A stretch of 41,927 nt of DNA from Ionaspis alba (lineage: Eukaryota): assembly GCA_964255285.1 (NCBI GenBank), contig CAXUUL010000059.1, positions 1 through 41,927 on the forward strand, in the 5' to 3' direction. Positions 25,079-37,900 of the stretch are shown in pieces. How positions within the stretch are numbered: position 1 is the stretch's first letter; every line of letters starts with the position of its first letter. The notes below the pieces were generated by a model that had not been told where the DNA came from, searched no databases, and saw nothing but the letters and a program-made list of their open reading frames with translations. Both the position numbers and the translations under genes were made by a program.

Positions 25079-25944
25079 ATGATTTTTGTCCGTCAACTGT
25101 GCTCACAACAAGCGTTCGCCTCGCGCTTCTTGGCTGTATACCCGCGACGTTGGTATGTTTCAAGGGGATATGTGCTTTCCAGAGCCTTTTCGGGTCATGT
25201 TGATATCGACCAAAGTGGAGAGGGTAATCCTTTGTCCAAGTGACTGCTCCTGTGCTCAAATACTTACGTCAATCGCCAGCGAATGATGCCGTCGAGGATT
25301 TTAACCTCCGGCCACGGCAGAAGCATGCTATACCCATCAGTGAACAAGTGCGAGGGGCTATGCGGAGGGTCCCGCACTCTCTGATGGTGGTTTCTGCTGT
25401 CGACGCCGACAAGAGTTTCCATGGTCTGTTGGTTTCTTCATTTAATACCGTCACATTGCACCCTCAACCATTGGTATCCTTCAACATCAAGCTTCCGTCA
25501 TCCACGTACAACGCAATCAGCGCCACGAATCGATTTGTTGTGTCTGCTCTCTGGTCGTCTCCTACAGCTATCGCATTCAGCAAAATGGCCCCGCCACGTG
25601 ATTCCACATCACAATGTAGTACCATTGAACCCGAACCGAGCCTGGAGACGATTGCCAAGGGTCGTTTGTTCAAGCTCGAATGTGAGTGGCTACAAGACAA
25701 CAGCATGGCAGTCGGAGATCATTTGATTATGGTCGGTCGAGTATTGAACTATGAAAGATGTGTTACCAGGAGTGCTCGTGTGTCCCAATTATTGTACTCG
25801 GATGGCAAATATCGTTCAGCAGGTGAATTATTTGGCAGGAATAGATCTGTGCTCGACGCAGAGCATGAGGATCGCCTATCCCACGATGACCTCGCCCAAA
25901 GGACGGCAGCCTGCTCAGGAGTGGTCAATGTTCTCGCTCGGTGA
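25079..25944 (+). CDS. Flavin reductase-like domain protein, probably mitochondrial, ~269 aa
   Basis: Exons 25079-25223 and 25280-25944 (intron GTAATC...CAG; 810 nt in frame). Motifs VRGAMRRVPHSLMVVS, GLLVSSFNTVTLHPQPLVSFNI, VGDHLIMVGRV and LLYSDGKY. First-exon model is less certain. Confidence 0.85.
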
Positions 25945-26149
25945 CTAGAGGGCTGCAGGTGTGTTACTCGCGACCTGCGGCCTGTGTGACTCTTGAATTG
26001 GCCTTACAGCTCGCAAATATATTGGAACGCTCGTCTTCCTAATAATCGATCATGCTGAGGAAGAAGTCGACGAAGAGAACAGAAGGTTTCAGACAACTAT
26101 CATGAAATCCGAAGCTATTACGTGGGTCAGGCGTATGCTTGTGAAAGCC

Positions 26150-27208
26150 TCATGCCTTCGACTTGTTATTCTCTCCCTCCCCTGCACAACTCAACCCTCC
26201 AACGAAGTCTACATATCGGAAAATTTCACTCCTCCCTAAGCCTCCGTTACTCTTTCCCGTGATCCCAGCCTTTCCGAATGCTCGCCGCCCAACGAAACCA
26301 CTCATGACTGCATCTACATCTCTTTCATCCAAAGCGCTCTCACCCGGTTCTGGGCTCGTATGCAGCAGCGCATCTCGCAACTCGTTCACATCTATCTGGC
26401 CAGAATCATCGTCGTCAAATGCTGCAAATGCAGCAAGAAGCTCAGCTGGAGAAGAAAGCTCTGCGAGCACGGAAGAGAGATTTGAGAGATATGTTGGTAG
26501 GGACATGGTTTGAGGGGCTGCAGGGGGGAAATATGGGGAAATCGAGGAAGGTGTTGCATCAAGACCTACAAGCAAAGAAGCGTGTTAGCATATAATCCCC
26601 ATACCGTGGCTGACGTGAACCATCGCCTACCGAGATTTGTAAGTACATCTGCGACGTCTTCCCGGTTCACTTGTCCGTCGCTGTCTCTATCGAGAACTTG
26701 AAACGCTTCACGCATTTCCCGAACCTGAGCTTGAGGAAGCTTGGCTAATGCGTCGCCATTCTGGATTTTGGAAGGTATCGTCGGTTTGTTGGCAGGTGTC
26801 TTAGCTGTCGATGCTACTGAAGTCGTAATTTGAGGCGTCACCAGGTTTGCGCTCAAAAAGTCCGCTCCTTCCGGACTTTTTGATTTTGATGGGGAGGGTG
26901 GGGCTTCTCGTGGAGCAATAGAGAGTAGATTTTGGCTGCTAGGAGTCCAGGCTCCTTCAAGCGGTACTCTGGGAGGTGGCGTTGATGCATTTTGGAGTTT
27001 TGATGGCGTCTGAGGCTTGGTTGATACATGAGTCGGAGTCCCTGGGCGGATCGTAGTTGAAGGAGAAGCTGGAGAAGAGGGCCGTCTAAAAGGGGACGAG
27101 CGTGGCGAGTTGAAGGAGAGAGGAGAGGGTTTATAGGTTGATGGAAGTGACTGAGAGTGTCAGTACCAGTGTTCGACCTGTGGAGGATCAAGCAAGACTC
27201 AGTACCAT
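26150..27208 (-). CDS. EF-hand myosin regulatory light chain-like protein with Ser/Pro-rich N-terminal extension, ~312 aa
   Basis: Exons 27208-27206 (ATG only), 27150-26631, 26565-26150 (939 nt in frame). EF-hands QVREMREAFQVLDRDSDGQVNREDV and LLAAFAAFDDDDSGQIDVNELRDAL. Confidence 0.85.
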
Positions 27209-27386
27209 ATCGCGAAGCTATGAAGATGGATAGCTCGAAACCAACGTAGGCGAATACTGGAGGATATTGCAGTTGCAGCGATTGATGATCAGATCATACC
27301 CATACATTCTATTCTAGTCCGTGGTATAGTGGTAGTGATCCATGGAAGGGAAGAGCTTGGATCGACGCTGGGAAGACGAGAAAGAA

Positions 27387-27398
27387 AGTAAACAAACG
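27387..27398 (-). promoter_or_regulatory. Putative forkhead-binding element CGTTTGTTTACT upstream of the myosin light chain gene
   Basis: Plus strand reads AGTAAACAAACG, containing the forkhead core GTAAACAA, about 180 nt upstream of ATG27208. Confidence 0.45.
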
Positions 27399-27747
27399 GA
27401 GAACTAATCCTTGCGTTAGTTGACGGCAGGGGTGCAGCCCTACTGTTATCGATTGCTCCCCTGGTACATGGATCTCGAGCAAAGCTTTTTGATTCTACCC
27501 TGATTCCTCGAATATATCACTTCGAGACTTCACAGATGATAATCTTAGCCGCGCCATCATGACTTGCGATTACCACTTACGCCAATTCTGCTTCTACAGG
27601 TAAAGTGCCGTTTCAATCGATCGCAAAACGGCACAGCCCCCACGGCCTTTTTGACAGCGTTCCTGTCCTCGCTGATCCTTCAAGCCTATGCAGCTTGAAG
27701 GCTCCTCAAGGCTTGTCTTGTATCCATGATAGGTCGCTGGGAACTCC

Positions 27748-30284
27748 ATGGCAACCATACTACCGCACCGACCAACAACAAACGGCATTGTCCGTGATCC
27801 GACCAATGCATTGAATCGCCAAACCTCCCTTTCTTCCTTTCCCTCTTCCCGAACGCCTTCCAACAACTCAGTACAGAATGGACTTCCTCGGTCAATCCAG
27901 AATAGAGCTCAGCGTAATGGGTCGAATAGCAGTTCTCGCAGCGCTGCAAGTCCCTTTTCGGCCACTATCGCTGCCAATGGCGCAAGTTCAACAAAGAATA
28001 TTCGGAGATTGAAACCGCAGTATCCCGCCGACTCTCCCGAAAGACATGTGGAATATATACTGGTTGCGTCGTTCGACATCGATCGCGGCCCGATCATGGA
28101 GCATCAGTATCCTGGAGCCATTAGTGGGAATGAGAACATGCTCGCGGAGCTCATGTTACCTGACCAAGCCCATGTCCGCAATCAAGACTGGACTATCTTT
28201 TTCCTCCACAAAGACAACGGAGATCAAGAAGAGAGCCTAGCCGAGCAAGTGCCTGGGAAGAGGGTCCGTCGGGGAGGAAGAGCAGATGCAGATTCCGATA
28301 CCGATGAGGAGGACGGTGGAGAGGAAGAACATCCGGTCTCTGAAGAAGGGTCCGAGGAAATTACAAACAACAAAGATGAACAAGATGAGGAGGAAGAGGG
28401 CGGCGAAGGGCCTCCTCTGATCTATGTTCTGAATCTTGTAAATACGAAGCAAGACAATACGGTCAAAAGGTAATTGCCTGGCTTCTACTGGTCACTCATG
28501 ATTACTACGCTAATGTAGACATATATAGAGGCGCCGTTGTCAAAGCAATGGCGATTTGTACGCGACATTCATTTCTGCACATATACAAGGTAAAACTATG
28601 AGATATCTTCTAAAGAACAATGCTAATGTCCTTTCAGCCTTTACTTTTGTTGGCTTTGGAAGAATACTTTCGGTCTCCCTTCCCCGAAACTTTAGCTCAA
28701 TTGTATGATGCGGTCAACTCGATGGATCTTTCACTCATGCCACGGCTGTCTACATTGGAGCGGCATGTTCTACATTCCAGCAATATGAAGGATCTATTCA
28801 TAGAGAAATTTGAGCAGATGATACAGCAACGCATGGCCGATGATTCCCTCTCTCATGTCGCAACAACGCCAGAATCACCATCAAAATCTAGCACCGATCT
28901 TCCTCGTGCGGGCCAAAGATATGCCATACCACGAGATACCCATGAGTACGAGACTCGTGTTGTCTATAACTCAATCCCTATACCGATCAAAGTCCCCACC
29001 GCAGTCTCGCCAGAGACTGTAGGAGACTTCTCCATTATCAAACTTATCCAGACATTCGCAGCCCCTCATGCAACATCCCCGCAGCCTTTCTCACTTCACC
29101 CCCATCTTACTACAAGTGGTACTTATACGCATCCGATCATCGTCCTCGTCAATGCCATGCTCACACAGAAGCGCATTATCTTTCTTGGTCATAATCGTCC
29201 TTCCGGAGAGGTTGCCGAGGCAGTTTTAGCGGCCTGCGCTTTGGTCTCGGGTGGCGTTCTCCGTGGATTCACTCGTCATGCTTTCCCGTATACTGATCTT
29301 AGCAAAATCGACGACCTCTTGAAAGTCCCAGGCTTTTTAGCCGGCGTTACAAATCCCACCTTTGCGAACCACCCGGAATGGTGGGACTTGCTCTGCGACA
29401 TCCCAACAGGCCGAATGAAGATTAGCGATTCCATTGACCAAGCTCCTATAACCGAAGGTCTTGTTTATTTCCAACAAAATTACCCCTCATTCGCTCCCAA
29501 TGCTAGTGGGATAGGAGGAGGGTTTTCTTTAGCCAATGCAGCTGGAGACCATACCGGTGACCAGGCTTTTATGGTGGAAGTCTTACGCAGCATCAGCTCT
29601 CGACATGGCGAATCTGCTATTCGGTCCAAGTGGAGAGACTACATCACCAAGTTCACACGCATTGCTGCCGCATTCGAGGAGTCGGTCTATGGTGCGTCAG
29701 CACTATTCATTGGCGCATCTGAAGCAGACGTAGGGACACATGGGATTTCCGGCCATGGGTATGTGTGGCCAGATGAGACCAGCCGCGGAAAGGAGCTCGG
29801 AGGGAATGTCTGGCGCATCGAGGGCTGGCGCAATACGCGCAGCTATTATAGCTTTATTCAAGATCTGGCAGCCTTTTGGGGTAGGAAACCAATTCGTAAG
29901 ATCGACCTTGGACATCAACTTGATCGCTTGAGACAACTGAAGCTCAGTCATGAAGACAGTGGCAAGATCTTCTTGGCCTTGTCAGAGAGTGTCCAAAGCT
30001 ATGACGAAATTTGCCAACTGCTGACTGTCACACCGGAGAATCACGCGGGATTGTTTTATATTAGCCTTGGGCTGCTTCATCCAGACAAAGCTGTTAGAAG
30101 GAGGACCGTGGAGTTGTTGGATAGAATTGCCGAACATGAGGCCGGGAGACACTTCTGGAATGGTCTGGGGAGATTCGCGAAGTCGGCATACTCGAGGATT
30201 AAAAAGGAATTGGAATTAGCGGCAGGCTTTTCAGACGAAATTGAAGTGGAAACGAGGCCAGGCACAGCAGGCAGGAGGAGTTGA
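27748..30284 (+). CDS. mesA: MesA/Afi1 polarity-axis stabilisation protein (Afi1 N-terminal + SPA domain), ~809 aa
   Basis: Exons 27748-28469, 28529-28589, 28638-30284 (2430 nt in frame). Motifs [48 protein letters not shown] and [28 protein letters not shown]. Confidence 0.9.
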
Positions 30285-30842
30285 GATTCCTCTATGGCGC
30301 GGCATGATACCCTTTTGACATGATCTAGTGGCTCCCAATGAAAATACACTCATTGAACTGCTTCTACCATCATGGTTGAGCTACTAATCCTTTCAAGATC
30401 CCACGATCCGCAGCTCGCTATGCATCATATCCATAGGAAGGGATTCTGTTTGGCATCGCTCTAACTCGACTGTGAGCCTCACCGTGATGATGCCTCCCTC
30501 CGTGTAACCCGATAGGTCATAATTGTCATCAATGCCCGGTAATCTGGTTTGACTCTGACTGACTCCCTCTGAAACTGGCCACGTAGGCAGTAAATACTAC
30601 TTGATGGATTGCGTGAAGAACGATTCGGGTTGGAGTTATCAGAGGTACTCAGACGTATTTGAGCAGCCCTCGTAACTCTAATATCTCCTAATCCTTCGAG
30701 GCTGACAATTCATGCTCTGCATTTTCACAGTATCTCTCGCCGTAAAACGTGAGGGGTGCCTGACGTGGCAGGCACGAGCATGTTCCTTGGGGCGCTGTGT
30801 AAGTGTGGACCAAGTGATGTCGACTATGCAACCCGAGGTACA

Positions 30843-31607
30843 TCAATAGAATGCTAATGGTTGGCTCTTGAGCTTTTCCTGGTTCGGCCTTCCCAGGTCC
30901 ACGACTGCAAATTTTTGTGCAGATGTATCGGTATTCGGTGGCGCTGCACCCACGTCTTCAGAAGATGGATTTCCAGATGTAGGCTCACAGTCTTTCACAG
31001 CTCTACGTCTTGCCTTGAATTTTGCCTTTTTTTCAATGTTTTTTTGCCACAACTGGTCTTCTTCTTCGATTTCTCGGAGTACTATGTGAGGAGGAGTCAG
31101 TCAGTGAATGTGGACACTTGGAACATGATGCCTCTGTTGGCTCTACTTACCATCCTCCCACTCTTGCTCCTGTTCCGGATCTCCGGTGCCCAGTAAGTCT
31201 CTCACGTCAACATCCTCACCGCTCTGGATTCTGTCCAGGACTTCTTTGAGAAGCCCGATTTTGGCATCAGCCTTGCGGCTGAAATTGGCAAAGTCGTTTC
31301 TAAGGGAGATCATTTGGATGGCATTAGACCCAATGAGCATAAATATTACAATGTAGAATGTTGCGGGATTCCAATCTTTTGATCGCGCAGGTATAAGGTC
31401 CTTCCTGGTTTTTCTACGTTCTCTCAAGAACTTGGGTACAACGGAATGCCACAATAATGGTTGAGCGACACGCGGTAATGATCTTGTTTCCGAGGCATAA
31501 GTACGAACAAAGAGTCGTTCGGAACGGTAGTTGTTGATTGTTTTCGTAAGGATTGATGATGGTATTCTGGTTCTTAATTGTGAGGACATCGAGACGTGCC
31601 GCAACAT
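30843..31607 (-). CDS. Conserved fungal single-TM, probably mitochondrial protein (DUF5321-like), ~231 aa
   Basis: Exons 31607-31151 and 31081-30843 (intron GTAAGT...CTGAC...TAG; 696 nt in frame). Motifs WNPATFYIVIFMLIGSNAIQMI and KIGLLKEVLDRIQSGEDVDV..LGTGDP..EQEWE. Confidence 0.8.
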
Positions 31608-31766
31608 GTCGCATTGACATTGAATGTAAATATTCGTGAGATATTTGAACCCGATGAAATACAATATCGGATTGAAGAGCTACGAGCACAAAGTTGTGCT
31701 CAGGGGACCAAATTCTAAGGAAAGATCCACTGCAGGGATGAGCTTAATTCTGCCACCGCCATGGAT

Positions 31767-31778
31767 CGTTTGTTTACT
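31767..31778 (+). promoter_or_regulatory. Putative forkhead-binding element CGTTTGTTTACT upstream of separase
   Basis: Contains TTGTTTAC, about 125 nt upstream of ATG31901, and is identical to the 12-mer at 27387-27398 read on the minus strand. Confidence 0.45.
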
Positions 31779-31900
31779 GTCCGAGGTTTCTGATCAGATC
31801 GGGATCTGAAGTGCAAGTATTCATACAATCATCGATACCTCATTTTCTTGGGTAGTCTTTGCTTTGCGATCATGACACGTTCCATATCTATCGGGCTACG

Positions 31901-34900
31901 ATGACACTTCAGGAACTGCCGCCGTACGCAACATCGGTCAAACGGGCGGCGACCTCCTCATCAACGTGTACAGCAGCGACAGTGGAAGCACTTGCAGCTT
32001 TGTTTCATGATGGGAAGGGCTCCGATACTGCAAAAAAGGACGATAAACACACAGTCCAATGCTCGAAGCCGTACAGACCTGTTGCACAACCATTGAAATC
32101 TCGATCGACTAAATCCAATGGGAGACCTGGTGTAGCAGTATTTGAGGTGGCAGCAGAGGAAACATTGAGCTTAGAGCCGGAAGCGAAGATACGCCTTGCC
32201 ACTGAGGTAGTCAATGCTTCATTGAAAGAGTTGACTACAGCTCTCAAAGTGAATGCATCACGAATATGTTCACGGAGTGAAAATGATATTAGCAGGACGT
32301 CCTCTGGCACACCATGTCAAAGCAACCTAGGAAAAGATACGGTTTTTCCGCTGCAGCCGCGATGCGCGAACCGGTCGTTCAAGGTGCCAGATGGAATCTC
32401 TCGTTCGCGTCGCTCGTCCTCCGTTGCTACAATGTCCACCCGGACTTCTGGAACTCTGGCCGTTGCCGAATGCGCGAGAACAGCTTTCTCTGCACTGCGA
32501 AAATTCGATTCGCAGAGACCTACGGCTACGAATATGCCACATTTGCAGATAGAAAGAGGGATGTTGGCCTTGATCGGGAAGCTTATCGCTCTGGGAATGG
32601 AAGATTTAGCAGTAAAAGAGCTATGGATATTGTGGAGGCGTCTTTCTAGAGATGTACCGATGGATCGTGTTAAGGGAAAGTCGAAACAGTCTGTTCGTCG
32701 AAGTGGAAAAGATTGTGCGTCGTCTTACAAACAGAGATTGGTAGACCTTTTGTGCTTCAACGTCCTGCCTTCGAGCGTCGATACCATCATCTTGATCGTC
32801 ACAATTCAGCTCCATGTCCTCAAGCTGCTGGCGCTCCGAATGGATCCGTACTATATCGAAGCTGCCTTGGACCATCTTCAACTATCAGCATCATATTCAC
32901 CTGCCAACCTTCTTGAAGTTGTGGCTGCAGATCAGTCGGTGGGATCGAACGAGAAAGTGTCTGGGCAATTCAACCTACTGGCGTCTTCAATTTTTGCACT
33001 CTGTCCAAGTCCTTCGTCAATGGAAGATGATACCGCCCTTGATGTGGCGCGTTGGGCATCCCCTGGTTGCATTTTTCGATACCAGTTGCTCGCGCTGCGC
33101 ATTCGATTGAGAGGCTGGAACTCTTGCGGTCACGAAGGCGATCTGCAAAAGGATCTAGTAGATCCTTTTGGCAAGTTCCTTCGAGCTTATATTCGACGTT
33201 CTACCTCAGCTGCGACTCCAAACATTGAGCTTTTGAAAGAAGCAATCTCAACCTTATCCACACTTTACGGCGCCAGTGCAGGAACCACACCATTGCAACA
33301 AAGCTCGTACAACTCGAAACGTATTGAATTGATCGAGTATCTCGCCGTCGCGGCGATGACAAACCACCAGTACTCTGATGGTTTGTTTTGGTTCGAGGAG
33401 TTGTTGTCAATTTCCCAGCCTGGGGAGCTATCTAAAGCACGTATCTGCTCTACCGTTTGCAACATCGCCAATCTTCAAATACGCACGTCAGCAGGCACAG
33501 TGAGCGAAGAAACGATCTTGTTAGCAGTCCGCCGTGCTGTGCAGGCATTGAAAGGAGATTTACAAGGCGATTCAAAAGAATTAGATGAAATATTAATATC
33601 AAGTGCGAGTTTACGGAAAGTAGTACTGTCTACGTTGTTGAAAGCTATGAAGCGGGCCAATCCTCAGTCAGCGTACGCTCCTAACGTTTTCCACGCACAG
33701 TATCTCGAACTAATCATTCAATGTGTTCTATTCCTCACTCGTTATATTGGGAAAAGGCCACAATCTGCTGTCGCAACCAAACAGGTCACCCGATACGAAG
33801 AACGACTTCTTCTGGCGAGCCATGTCTGGAGACCAACTCTAGAGTCTGTGGTGTCACTGGCAAAGCTACCCCTTGCAAAAGACCCAGCTCTGTGGAAGGA
33901 GATAGCTATTGGATTAAACGAATGTGTTAAATTGGCACACAATGTTGAAGATTTTGGACGACCAAGTGACAACGAGACTGCTGGGACGGAGTTCAAGTGT
34001 CTGCCCTTCGTCTTGCTTTCAAATACTTATTGGTTCCATTTCCTGGGCGAAGATGTCGCCGAAAACTGTGCTATAGATACTCTCTCAAGTCTGCGAGTAT
34101 CAATAGACCTCATCAGTCAACGAACCCTAGAGGAGAAAAGAGCGGGCTACCTGCCCGTCAAGCTAGAAAAGCTTTCCAATGCGTACGAGTCATCTGGACA
34201 GTTTGAGAAGGCGATGGACGTTCTTTCTACTGCTCTATCAACTTTAGCAAGCATGGGAACATTGAAAGAAATCGCTTCTGCCGCTTCTCGCCAGCCATTG
34301 AATCAGGCATTCTCTGAAGTCCAAGGAGCACATATACTGGAGCGCATCCTAGCTTCGCATGTGAGGATTTCGCAAAAGGCTGGCAACAGAGCGGAAGACG
34401 CATTGCGGTATTATGACGATGCTCTTTTGCAGAGCAATGAAAGAGGAGTGTTGCTTGAGAAGCAGTTGGATTTTTTGCAAAAAGCATCATACAAGGAGGA
34501 GCCCCCAGAGACCACCGTTATGGCTTTTGAGCGCATCGGGAAGCACCTCCTTGAAGTATACGCTCCATCACAGTATCCCGTTCGTCACTTACGAGCCTCA
34601 AATTCACTACTATGTGCCCATTTTGCCCGCCCTAAACTCGTATCGCCAGAATTGGTCAAACACGTCGAACAGGGCCCAGCTTACGTGTCGATCGAGCTGC
34701 GTGGTGCTGACGAACAGCTAGCGAGATTCGTCCCTTACTTGATGGCACGTCGTGATGTTTATAAGACTTTTCTTGCCCCTGTACCTAAGCCAACAAGCCT
34801 GAAATCTGCCCTTGATACATTCTCCAAGCTCGTCACGCAACACTGTGAATGGCCACTGATTCTGGAACAGATCGATGATGTAACGGAGTGGTTTGTTCAA

Positions 34901-37900
34901 CTTGACTCCATGGTAGACTACTATCATATGCAAGGCCAAGAAGAACATCGTGTCTCGGTCTTACAGATAATTACGGCTTTACACGGAATAAGACCCACTA
35001 CCCAATACAGCTCATTCACATCAAAGCTTTCCGCTCTCGGCCTTCAATATATCAGGCTTGGCTACTCTGGCAAGGCTGGGGTTGCATTGAGAAGGGCTAG
35101 CCAGCATATCGAAGAGCACGACATCAACCGTTCAGTCGTGTTGCAATGGCATCTTGCGTATGCGGAGTACCTGCTTGAGGTTGGGCAATGGTCCGACTGG
35201 TGAGTGAAGACTAAAGTTGTGGAAAGACATGTGGCTAATGCTTATCAGTTTCGAACATACTGACCACGGAATCGCTCTATTTCAAGAGGTCTCTGACCAG
35301 AGCAACCAAGGTCTTAGTATGACTAACCTTTGCGCGCAACTCAACATGCTCTTGTCTCGAGTCTTGTTCGTGCAAAATAAGTTTTCTGAAGCACTTTTTT
35401 TTGGTCGAAAAAGTGCGCAGCTCTCCTCCAAGGCATGGGGATCGCTCGAAAGACGACTGAAGTGTCAGATTATTGACAATGCCGGAGCTGATCATGACGA
35501 AAATGTTTCCGATGTGCTGACGGAAGGTATAAGAGCAATGTCACTCTCGTCGTCGAAAATCCTGAAAGATCCGCCGAAAGTTTCAAAAGACGAGAGCCTT
35601 GGGAATGTTGGTTTCTGGCCCTTAGTGCCAAGCTTGTTCCAAAAACTGGCTAATTTGTCATTTTTGTTTACCAACAAAGGCTCTTATCTGGAGGCTTCCT
35701 ATTATGCCGAAAGAGCTGCAGAAATCGCCGATGGGGTTCAGTCTCCTTCTTGGCAAGCTCGGGCTCGTATCCTGATCGGTGATTGTCAAGTTCGGGCTGG
35801 CCATATAGCCGATGGGCTAGCTCATCTGAAAGGGGCCGAGATACTTCTAAGTCAATGCGGTGATATTCGTATAGAAGTCGACCTACATTCAGCTCTTGCT
35901 AGGGCTTATGGACTTAATGGACAGCGAAATCTTGAAACATCGGCTTTGGAACTCGCACAAAAGCTTGTCGCCGCCTCTTTCTCCTCCACAGTCCTGGCTG
36001 GCGATCCTCTGCCTTCTGAGACAAGTACCGGCCTCGAATCTCAGCTTTCAGCTCTGAAAATATCTGGTAAAAGTGTGAAGAAGGAACAGAAAACGCGACG
36101 GCAAATGCAGTCTAGCAGATCGAATCCCACGCCGGTAGCCGCATCACTTGATAGCAAGGAGAGCAAGGATCTTTGGGCTGACTATATCCCGATTCTAAGA
36201 GTTAAGCTTGACCTTGCGAGGCAGCAGGTCTACAGCCTTCTTCAGGAGAAGAAGCTGGTGGCTGTCGGCCAAATACTATCAGAATCAGGCCAGAGCGTGT
36301 TTGCTCCTTCGGACATAACTCACCAGGAACTGCTGAAGGCTCAATTGAGTCTTCAGTCAGGGCTTGATGGACTATCGACAGATCCTGTGTACAGCGTCGT
36401 TCCGGAGTCTACGGTCTCTTGTCCATCGATCTTGTATGGGGGACGTAGGCGAAGTAGAGATGTGGTCAATGCAAACGTCAAAGAAGCAACGTTGAAGTCT
36501 GGTGCTAGAAAAACGAAATTCAAGACAGCGTCCAAGGACCTGGTAGTGCGGCATATCACTCCCTCACCGACTTTCAATGACCTTCTACTTGCAGCTCTTG
36601 GCGAACTACATGCACTGAATGTGGGTGCGCAGGGGTCAATACCTACGGCTACAATCCACATCATCTCCGAATGCTTGAGTAAGACTCTCATTCTCCTGTC
36701 CTCTACTTGCCCTTCAACGCCGAAAGTTACCATAACATCGACGTTCATCTCCTATGCCATGGAGCTTGGCAGATCAATAGCCACAATGAAAGAAGTGTCA
36801 TCAATAGAGGTCGGAAGGTCGTTGAAAATTCCGTCAAGACTAGGGTCTTTAGAAAATATCCCTATTTCAATTGGTCGTACCAAGATACGCAAAGCAGACA
36901 TGAATTTTTCGGATTACCAGGCGAACTATATCGACATCATCCCAGCTTCTTGGACGGTGTTTTCGATCTCTCTAAGCGAGAACAGGGAAGAACTTCGCCT
37001 TTCAAAGATTCGATCCGGTCAAGTTCCGTTCGTGGTCAACATCCCAATCAAGAGACAAGGCTCTCATTGCAACGAGGATGAGGATTTCGGTTTCAAGCAT
37101 GCCAAGGAGGAGCTTCTCGACATTATTGATCTTGCCAATCATTCAACTCATGATGGAGCAAATGGAGGTCGGAAGATGACCAAGTCTCAGTGGTGGCAAG
37201 CTAGAGAGACCCTTGACGCACGACTTAAGGATTTACTGGTCAATATCGAGAATGTCTGGCTTGGTGGTTTCAAGGCCGTGTTGACTCGGATCGTTCCTCG
37301 CCAGGACTTGTTGTCCCGTTTTCAACAGTCGTTCTACAACATCCTAAAGAAACACCTCCCTTCGCGTCAGAAAAACGGGAGGAATACGACTGCCAATCAG
37401 CCTTTGCTGGACACGAGGGTACTCGAGCTGTTCCTTGGGCTAGGAGATCCCACACAGAATCAGGATCTTGATGAGCCACTTATGGATATACTATATTTCG
37501 TGGTTGACATTCTGCAATTCCATGGAGAACGCAACGCTTATGACGAGATTGACTTTGATTCGATCGCCGTTGAAACACTGGACGCTTTGTCGCACTATCA
37601 CGAAACTGCTCGTAGTATGACGCAGGAGCAGGCTAGTGATCACACAATACTTGTCCTCGACAAAGCGTTGCATTGTTTCCCTTGGGAGTCAATACCGTGC
37701 CTACGTGATCATGCTATATCAAGAATGCCATCACTGAGCTGCTTGAGAGAGAAAATTCTGCAACAGGGACTGCAGTCTGGAAAGTTTTGCTCTTCAGCAC
37801 CTGGGTGCATGATTGATGCGGAAGACGGTGCTTATGTTCTCAATCCTGCCGGTGATCTTGTCTCGACCCAAAAGACCTTTCAAGGTCCTCTCGCCAAACT

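Noticed and set aside
12809..25944. Thioesterase, methyltransferase, PTH11-like protein and flavin reductase as a secondary-metabolite cluster
   Set aside because: There is no PKS, NRPS or terpene backbone gene, and these genes are interspersed with housekeeping genes (acrB, bL31m).
27559..27733. Upstream ATG and GTAAAG donor as an extra first exon of mesA
   Set aside because: The candidate acceptors I tested (27684, 27693, 27732) are all out of frame with ATG27748. At most this is a uORF or UTR intron.
30484..30572. Box C-like GTGATGA followed by several CTGA box D-like motifs in the mesA/DUF5321 gap
   Set aside because: No terminal stem and no rRNA-complementary guide that I can recognise. 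A snoscan or Infernal search would be needed.
30751..30790. GGGGTGCC hairpin (GTGCCTG-6nt-CAGGCAC), superficially like the start of a TPP riboswitch
   Set aside because: It lacks CTGAGA and the downstream TPP core, and there is no thiamine gene nearby. A 7-bp stem is expected by chance.
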